From positions 1 to 64,000 of the IMG/VR virus record IMGVR_UViG_3300020122_000503: a stretch of 64,000 nucleotides of DNA; one strand, given 5' to 3'. Of the stretch, positions 58,041 to 64,000 are shown piece by piece (positions within the stretch are counted from its first letter, which is position 1; each line of letters starts with the position of its first letter). Both the position numbers and the translations under genes were made by a program. A model generated the notes under the pieces. The model was given only the letters and a program-made list of their open reading frames with translations, did not search any database and was not told the origin of the DNA. This DNA is from a virus.

Positions 58041-58106
58041 ATTGAAACATCGGACGTTCGTCGAACAGTCGGATGCACGAGCATCAATCAAAAAGGAAAA
58101 AGGTAA

Positions 58107-58760
58107 ATGGGAAAAGTAGCTTTAAAACCAGCGGAGACCACGAAGGTTCCCGCGCTGATCGAAGTTCCGGATATCGAAACGCAGATCGTACCCTTTTACT
58201 TGAAGGGGTTGAGCCCACTCTTGGTCAACAACTTCAGCGAGAAGAGCAAGGCTCAGCTCGAAGGGGAGAGCACTGGCAAAATCAACAAGGGAAAACTTGG
58301 TGCCAAAGGAAAGCCTCCTCGCGATCCGGAAGCGGAGTTTCAAGCTGCTCGCGTCTTAAACGACGATGGCCGCGATTGCATCCCGGCGCGGTGGATTAAG
58401 CAAGCATTGGTCACTGCCGCCGGCATGTCCGACGTCAACATCGATCAGAAGGTCGTGCAGCGTACATTGTTCGTTCGAGGGGACTTGATCCCCATCGAAT
58501 GCAAAAAGGGTCCGAGGATGCGTACCGACTGGGTACGACGAGGCCGGTGGAACGCAAAGGTGCCGATGCAGTGCTACCGAGCGGAGTTCGTCGACTGGTC
58601 GATCAAGATTCAGATCGAGTTCGAACCTAAGCTCATTTCGCATGCTTGGTTGGTTTTCTTGGTGCGCCGCGCTGGGCTCTCGGTTGGGCTCTGTGAGTGG
58701 CGTCCCGAGAAGAAAGGCGAGATGGGCCGGTTCGACATTGTGATGTCTCCGGCGAAGTAA
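58107..58760 (+). CDS. stand-alone RAMP/Cas7-like RNA-binding protein
   Basis: LKGLSPLLVN (first strand), IPARWIKQAL (RAMP IPxxxxKGxxR-like), C-terminal Gly-rich loop AGLSVGLCEWRPEKKGEMGRF. Confidence 0.7.
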   Translation: MGKVALKPAETTKVPALIEVPDIETQIVPFYLKGLSPLLVNNFSEKSKAQLEGESTGKINKGKLGAKGKPPRDPEAEFQAARVLNDDGRDCIPARWIKQALVTAAGMSDVNIDQKVVQRTLFVRGDLIPIECKKGPRMRTDWVRRGRWNAKVPMQCYRAEFVDWSIKIQIEFEPKLISHAWLVFLVRRAGLSVGLCEWRPEKKGEMGRFDIVMSPAK

Positions 58761-58764
58761 ACGA

Positions 58765-59120
58765 GCAGTAGCCGATGCGAGCTGAGACGACATCGAGACG
58801 AGCCGATGCGACTAGATGCGAAACGAATCGCGGTAGTCGACCTGAGCCGAGCCGAGAGGCGACGACCCGAGACGAATCGACACGAGACGAACCGCAGTAA
58901 CCGATTCGACCCGAGCCGAACTGATGCGAGCCGACACGACTGGACTCGAGGCGAAACGAGTCGCAGTAACCGAATCGAGCCGAGCTGATGCGAGCTGAGG
59001 TGAGCCGATCTGAACCGAAGCGAGAGGCAGTAACCGATACGAGGCGACTCGAACCGAGCCGACACGAACCGATTCGACTCGATACGATTCGAACGGCAGT
59101 ACACGAACCGAGCCGCAGGA
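58765..59120 (+). ncRNA. pentamer-coded repeat array (five units plus one partial); candidate guide-RNA precursor
   Basis: GCRGTA at 58765, 58830, 58894, 58963, 59027, 59096; 57 NN+triplet pentamers (47 CGA, 7 TGA, 3 other). Confidence 0.75.
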
Positions 59121-59126
59121 GAAAAA

Positions 59127-59693
59127 ATGACAGCAACCGCGCCGACTGTACGCGAATTTGTGATCGGAAACCGCGACGGTTTTCGTGGCGTCAATAAAAA
59201 AGACGTCGCGCCTTTCGTGGCGGTTCTGTCTGACATCGCCAAAAAGATAGGACCGCCAGGAGAGATCCCTGCTTTCGAATGGCGCAAAGAGCTTCTGGCT
59301 AGAGCTAAACCTAAAGACAGCCCGATACACAACAAGTTCACGTGGGACGACAACATCGCGGGGGAGAAGTATCGCCATCACCAGGCGGCTTACTACATTC
59401 GCGCTTTCGACTTTCAGTACGTGGACGAGCGTGGGAAAGCCGCCAAGAAGGTTCGGTGGCTCCAAACGATCAAACTAGTGAAATCAGACGGGCAAGCGCA
59501 GCAAAGAGCGCCGATGACCATGCCGGACGTGCTCTCGGACGAGCGCGCTCTTGAAAACGTAGTCGAAACAGCATTGGGCGAAATGCAGTCTTGGGTTCGT
59601 AGATACGAAGCTTTGGAAAGCGTCGCCAAGCTCGCGCCGATCTTCCGCGCCGCAAGGAAAGTGCTGGCTAAGACTGTTGTGCTAAAAAAGTAA
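59127..59693 (+). CDS. conserved phage protein; putative accessory of the RAMP/array locus
   Basis: SPIHNKFTWDDNIAGEKYRHHQAAYYIR; its RBS is formed by the last array delimiter. Confidence 0.65.
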   Translation: MTATAPTVREFVIGNRDGFRGVNKKDVAPFVAVLSDIAKKIGPPGEIPAFEWRKELLARAKPKDSPIHNKFTWDDNIAGEKYRHHQAAYYIRAFDFQYVDERGKAAKKVRWLQTIKLVKSDGQAQQRAPMTMPDVLSDERALENVVETALGEMQSWVRRYEALESVAKLAPIFRAARKVLAKTVVLKK

Positions 59694-59699
59694 AAATTC

Positions 59700-61484
59700 G
59701 TGTCTGACCCCATCGACCTCTCCAACATCTTCGCCGCCGTTGCCGAAGCAACCAACGGCGCGAGGCGAGGCACCGCTCTCGGTAAGATCCGAGAAGCCGA
59801 AGGCGTGCGGCACACGCCCGAGCTCGACAGGATCATCATGATCCCACGGCGCGTGCCGCTCACGCCCGACGAGGAAGCGGAACGGATCGATCTGCTCACG
59901 AACCATCTCCGCACGCCGGGCGGAACGATGCGGCTCCGCTCGGTGCAGGCCCAAGCTCTCTGCGAGATGCACGACTACCAAGGGCTCTTCGGACCGATTC
60001 GAGTCTCCGGTGGGAAGACCCTCATCTCCTTGCTAGCGCCGCTCGTACTCGAATCTCCACGGCCGATGCTTATCACCCCAGCGGCGCTCATCGAAAAAAC
60101 AAGAACCGAAGCTAGGAAGTACGCTCAGCACTGGCAGCTCCCGCCGCTCCTTCACATGGCGAGCTACCAGGCTCTCGGTCGCGTCTCCGGCGCGGAGACG
60201 CTAGAGAAGGCGAACCCTGACCTCATCATCTGTGACGAGGCGCACAAGCTCAAGAACAAGCGCGCCGCCGTCACGAAGCGCGTCGCGAGGTACATGCACG
60301 ACCACCCAGAGACGCGCATGGTCATCTTGACCGGCACGATTTCGAAGCGAAGCTTGCACGACTTCGCGCACCTCTTGCTCTGGTCCTTGAAGCTCCGGAC
60401 GCCGCTTCCACGACACTGGACCGAGCTAGAGGCGTGGGCGCTTGCGATCGACGAGCGACCGAACGCGATCGTTCCGCCTCTTCACCCAGGGGCGATCTTG
60501 ATGCTTGCGACCGAGGAAGACACCGGTGACGTGACGCAACGCGCTCGCATCGCCGTTCGTAGGCGGATCAACGACACGCCTGGTGTCGTGACGGCTTCGG
60601 GTGAGGGTTGCAACGTCAGCCTTCGTGTTCAAGGTCATGTTGTCGAAACGACGGAAGTGACGACCGCTGCGTTCGAAAGACTCCGTGATCGGTGGGAAAC
60701 GCCCGACGGCTGGCCCTTGAGCGACGGGTTTGCGATCTGGCGTCACGCTCGCGAGCTCGCGCTCGGTTTCTTCTACAGATGGGAGATTCGACCGCCTGAC
60801 GAGTGGCTCGAAGCGAAGAAGGCATGGTCCGCGTTCTGTCGCAAGATCCTGAAGACTAATCAACGCCGGCTCGACTCCGAGATGCAGGTCGCACTCGCGT
60901 GCAAGGACCATCCCGAGTGGTATGGCGACCAGGAATACAAGGCGTGGGTCGCGATTCGGGATTCGTTCAAGCCGAAGACCGTCGCGGTGCCGTTCGACGA
61001 CTCCGTTCTCGAGTACGTGACGAAGTGGGCCGAGAAGCACGGTGGTCTCGTTTGGTGTGAGCACATTGACTTCGCTGAGCGTTTGTCGGCGAACACGGGG
61101 CTACCTTACTTTGCGGGCGAGGGCTTAGACGCGAATGGAAATTCGGTTGAGAGCTTCGACGGCACGTGCGCTATTCTTTCGATCGAGGCAAACCGAGAGG
61201 GGCGGAACCTGCAACGCTTCTCGCATAGCCTCGTTGCCTCGCCGATGCAGCAGGGTGACCGGTGGCAGCAGCTTCTCGCGCGTACGCACCGCGACGGGCA
61301 AGAGGCGGATGAAGTGATCTGTGATGTCGTGATTTCGTGTGCCGAACACGTAGACGCGATGCGCATCATACAGAGCGACGCCCAGTACCAAGAGGACATC
61401 ACCGGGGACCGGCAGAAACTTCAGCTCGCGGACATCATTGTCCCGAACACGATGCACTTGAAAGGAGCGGTTTGGAACAGATGA
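59700..61484 (+). CDS. superfamily 2 helicase
   Basis: LRSVQ, SGGKT, ICDEAH, LTGT, EGRNLQ, QLLARTHRDGQ. Confidence 0.85.
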   Translation: MSDPIDLSNIFAAVAEATNGARRGTALGKIREAEGVRHTPELDRIIMIPRRVPLTPDEEAERIDLLTNHLRTPGGTMRLRSVQAQALCEMHDYQGLFGPIRVSGGKTLISLLAPLVLESPRPMLITPAALIEKTRTEARKYAQHWQLPPLLHMASYQALGRVSGAETLEKANPDLIICDEAHKLKNKRAAVTKRVARYMHDHPETRMVILTGTISKRSLHDFAHLLLWSLKLRTPLPRHWTELEAWALAIDERPNAIVPPLHPGAILMLATEEDTGDVTQRARIAVRRRINDTPGVVTASGEGCNVSLRVQGHVVETTEVTTAAFERLRDRWETPDGWPLSDGFAIWRHARELALGFFYRWEIRPPDEWLEAKKAWSAFCRKILKTNQRRLDSEMQVALACKDHPEWYGDQEYKAWVAIRDSFKPKTVAVPFDDSVLEYVTKWAEKHGGLVWCEHIDFAERLSANTGLPYFAGEGLDANGNSVESFDGTCAILSIEANREGRNLQRFSHSLVASPMQQGDRWQQLLARTHRDGQEADEVICDVVISCAEHVDAMRIIQSDAQYQEDITGDRQKLQLADIIVPNTMHLKGAVWNR

Positions 61485-61693
61485 AAGCAGCGATGCTCTA
61501 TCACAGCACGGACGATTGGTGTCACCTTTGCGGGGAGCGTACAGCACCTACAGTAGACATTTGGTACCCGGATAATGCTGAACACGACAGTCCGGTGGAG
61601 CCAGGACCGCTTCATAGTGGACGTCATTACATTCGGATTTGCAGCACGTGTGCGTGTCGCATACAAAACGTAGCTGCTAAGCCGACTCGTTGA
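61481..61693 (+). CDS. small Zn-finger protein
   Basis: MKAAML start in an ATGA overlap; CHLC...CSTC. Confidence 0.5.
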   Translation: MKAAMLYHSTDDWCHLCGERTAPTVDIWYPDNAEHDSPVEPGPLHSGRHYIRICSTCACRIQNVAAKPTR

Positions 61694-61700
61694 GGACAAC

Positions 61701-62099
61701 ATGACGTTCCCGATAATGACTCCAGCACAAATATCTGAATGTGGATGTCTGCCTTGTTCGCCAAGAGGCTGTTACTGCGCAGAGTGTCGTGCCGGAAAAG
61801 CTTGCACAATCGAACCAGATCAGGTGGAGACGTGTCGTGAATGGCTTCGGTTGTACGCCAAGCCTCTTTCGTATTTTCCAAAAAACGGACGACGTATCGG
61901 AAGTTACGGTTACAAGCACGATGTGGAGAACTGGAGCAGTGCGCGCGGTAAGCACAAGTACATTGCAAACGGAGCGTTTATCCTTGCTGCGTTTCGTGAA
62001 GGATTTTGGGTGAAAGCAACGGGCATCAATGCAGTGTTCAATTTTTCGGTACCGAAGCAGTTGACGAAAAAGTCATGTGGTCAAGAGAAGGAAACCTGA
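61701..62099 (+). CDS. hypothetical phage protein
   Basis: GAGGA RBS; SYGYKHDVE...YIANGAFILAA. Confidence 0.6.
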   Translation: MTFPIMTPAQISECGCLPCSPRGCYCAECRAGKACTIEPDQVETCREWLRLYAKPLSYFPKNGRRIGSYGYKHDVENWSSARGKHKYIANGAFILAAFREGFWVKATGINAVFNFSVPKQLTKKSCGQEKET

Positions 62100-62100
62100 T

Positions 62101-62161
62101 CGCGAACGACACACGATGCTTGTCGCCAAGAGTTTCTGGCCTGGCTCGTGTGTCGTTCGCG
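62101..62161. repeat. 16-bp perfect inverted repeat (long hairpin)
   Basis: CGCGAACGACACACGA / TCGTGTGTCGTTCGCG. Confidence 0.75.
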
Positions 62162-62194
62162 GGAATTTTTCCCGTCTACGAAAAGGAATATCAA

Positions 62195-62968
62195 ATGCCC
62201 CCCATCGATTGGTCTCAAATTGGAAATGCACCGATTTTCGAACGTGGAAACTATTTCAACCCAGGAAGGTACAAGCTCCGCTTGCTCCGGTGTCTGAGCA
62301 AGCAGACGCAAAAAGTTGGAGTGGCGTTCATAGCCGAATTCGAAGTCTTGGAGAGTGACAACCCCGCGCACCCGATCGGGAGCAAGGGGACGTACTTCGT
62401 CAAGATGGCTCAACAGCAGCAAGCGTTTTCCAACATCCTCGAGATGATGGCGGCGCTTCTCGGGTTCGACATCACGAACAAAGAACACGTTATGCAAATC
62501 GATCAGCAACTGAGGCCCCAGCTTGCGGGGCTCATGACGGCGCTCGAGACGCAGGGCACGGCCGTGCTCGGCGGACGCGAGACGATTTCCGTCGAGTGTC
62601 GGATCACGCTGACCAAGCAGCAGAGGGAGTTCACGCTTCACGTGTGGACGCCGTGGACACCTCCGTCTGGTTGGCAGCCGGTTCCGACGCCGGCAGTGGC
62701 GCAGATGCCTCAGAGGACAGCGGTGCAACCCGCGGCTGCTCCCCAGGGGTATCCGGCTGCGTACGCCCCACCGGCGTTCGCGCAGCCTGCGCTAGTACAG
62801 CCCACATGGCCTCAGACACAACCTGCGCAACAGGCACCGGCCTACGCGCCGCAGCCGCAGGCACAGCCGGCGTTCCAGGCACCGGCACCTCAGCAAGGGC
62901 AAGCCCCTTACGGGACGCCTGGCATGCCCCCGGCGGGTACGTTGCCTCCGTGGATGACCCCTAGGTGA
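62195..62968 (+). CDS. putative ssDNA-binding (OB-fold) protein with Pro/Gln tail
   Basis: AAGGA RBS; PGRYKLRL, FIAEFEVLES; located in the replication module. Confidence 0.55.
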   Translation: MPPIDWSQIGNAPIFERGNYFNPGRYKLRLLRCLSKQTQKVGVAFIAEFEVLESDNPAHPIGSKGTYFVKMAQQQQAFSNILEMMAALLGFDITNKEHVMQIDQQLRPQLAGLMTALETQGTAVLGGRETISVECRITLTKQQREFTLHVWTPWTPPSGWQPVPTPAVAQMPQRTAVQPAAAPQGYPAAYAPPAFAQPALVQPTWPQTQPAQQAPAYAPQPQAQPAFQAPAPQQGQAPYGTPGMPPAGTLPPWMTPR

Positions 62969-62978
62969 AGTGAAAGAG

Positions 62979-63003
62979 CCCGCCCTGGTGAACCTAGGGC
63001 GGG
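62979..63003 (+). terminator. GC-rich hairpin
   Basis: CCCGCCCTGG / CTAGGGCGGG; lacks a clear U tract. Confidence 0.35.
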
Positions 63004-63015
63004 GCGAAGTTCCGG

Positions 63016-63549
63016 ATGAAAAACTCCACCCACACCCGCCTGGAACGAGAACGTTATCGTGATCGTAAACGCGCAGGGATTTGTGTGCGTTGTGGCAAAG
63101 TTCCGCCCGAACAGGGGCGAGCACAGTGTGCCCAATGCCGAACTCGTCGATTAGGGGAAGGCAAGAAGTGGCGCGCCGCTAATCTGGAAAAAGCGAGAAA
63201 TTATCACAAACAAAATCCAGAAAGACACAAAGCAAGAGCAGCAGCTTGGAGAGCGAGAAACCCGGAAAGAATCAAAAAGATTTTGCAAAACGCAAAACTC
63301 AAAAGGTACGGAATTTCTTTTGAGCAGTACACGAAAAGGTCAGTTGCTCAAAACGGTGTTTGCGCCATTTGCAGAAAACCAGAAACTTGGATTGTTAAAG
63401 GCACGTTGGCGTTGTTGTCGGTAGATCATGATCACGAAACAGGTAGAGTTCGTGGATTGCTTTGCCACTCGTGCAACCTAGGGCTGGGACATTTTAAAGA
63501 CGATGCGTTGATGCTTCGTGCGGCTGCAAACTATTTGGAGGCGGTTTAG
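63016..63549 (+). CDS. endonuclease VII-like homing endonuclease
   Basis: RYGIS, QNGVCAIC, VDHDHETGRVRGLLCHSCNLGLG; AT-richer than its flanks. Confidence 0.85.
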   Translation: MKNSTHTRLERERYRDRKRAGICVRCGKVPPEQGRAQCAQCRTRRLGEGKKWRAANLEKARNYHKQNPERHKARAAAWRARNPERIKKILQNAKLKRYGISFEQYTKRSVAQNGVCAICRKPETWIVKGTLALLSVDHDHETGRVRGLLCHSCNLGLGHFKDDALMLRAAANYLEAV

Positions 63550-63550
63550 G

Positions 63551-64000
63551 GTGCAGTCGTTCGATTGCGAAACCTTTAGGATTGCCGAGGGCAACCTTGC
63601 CCCGGATCTCGTGTGCATTTCTTTTGCCGGACCGGACTACAACGCCGAGCTCTATCACGCGATCGACGGCTCTCCGACGTTCCGAGCGATGGCCGACGTC
63701 GCGCTCAACAGAAACACGCCGGTGATCGGTGCGAACACTGCTTACGACATGGGCGTCATGTTAGCGCACGATCCGTCGCTCGCTGATCGGATTTGGACGC
63801 TCTACGACCGTGGGCTCGTGCGCGACGTGATCATGCGCCAGAAGATGATCGACATCGCGAGGGGTTGTTACAGCGGTTTCAGGCGCGGCGAAGACGGCAA
63901 GGTGTACAAGATCGGCTACAGCCTCGCCGAGCTCTTGAAACGACACACCGGCCAAGAACTCTCTAAAGGCGAAGACACCTGGCGTCTCAGATATTCCGAG
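63551..64000 (+). CDS. DNA polymerase (probably family A), N-terminal 3'-5' exonuclease domain, partial
   Basis: Own translation VQSFDCETF (ExoI DxET), IGANTAYD (ExoII), YSLAEL; runs off the window end, so it is absent from the ORF track. Confidence 0.75.
   Translation, partial: MQSFDCETFRIAEGNLAPDLVCISFAGPDYNAELYHAIDGSPTFRAMADVALNRNTPVIGANTAYDMGVMLAHDPSLADRIWTLYDRGLVRDVIMRQKMIDIARGCYSGFRRGEDGKVYKIGYSLAELLKRHTGQELSKGEDTWRLRYSE

Noticed and set aside
58765-59120. Classical CRISPR array or simple microsatellite
   Set aside because: There are no 23-50 bp identical repeats with unique spacers. The regular delimiters and distinct NN strings also argue against a slippage microsatellite.
58610-59465. 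ORFs crossing the pentamer array (58610..59356, 58633..59136, 58812..59465 on minus; 58806..58988, 58988..59197 on plus)
   Set aside because: Low-complexity R/S/L/V translations produced by the 5-nt period. They overlap better genes, and unit lengths of 64 and 65 nt do not preserve frame.

Overview
The whole window looks viral: a GC-rich dsDNA virus or plasmid-like prophage fragment with no host housekeeping genes, rRNA or clear tRNA. A myxobacterial (Polyangia-like) host is weakly suggested by a Gly-linker lipoprotein. Modules from left to right: glycan/sulfate modification genes and a papain-like peptidase (0.5-4.4 kb); lysis cassette with GH25 lysozyme (5-8.9 kb, minus); GroES-like, JAB and HNH-AP2 genes (9-13.6 kb); a long structural operon (13.8-33.8 kb) with LysM membrane proteins, an intein-containing transglutaminase-fold protease, an Arg-rich core protein, candidate capsid proteins, small membrane proteins, and collagen/Gly-rich fibres; glycosyl/methyltransferases (33.8-37.7 kb); virion enzymes and a lectin (38-42 kb); HerA-like ATPase, Cre-like recombinase with a lox-like site, ThyX and dNMP kinase (42-53 kb); a putative origin, Prim-Pol, PD-(D/E)XK nuclease, SF2 helicase, SSB-like protein and the start of a DNA polymerase (53-64 kb). 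I recognise no terminase, portal or tail genes, so a non-tailed, membrane-containing virion is plausible. The standout is at 58.1-59.7 kb: a stand-alone RAMP/Cas7-like gene followed by a non-coding array of five 64-69 nt units, each a GCRGTA delimiter plus 11-12 pentamers of variable NN and fixed (C/T)GA, then a coupled accessory gene. This is a candidate RNA-guided system with an interleaved, non-contiguous guide code. All protein calls come from motif reading by eye, not from database searches.
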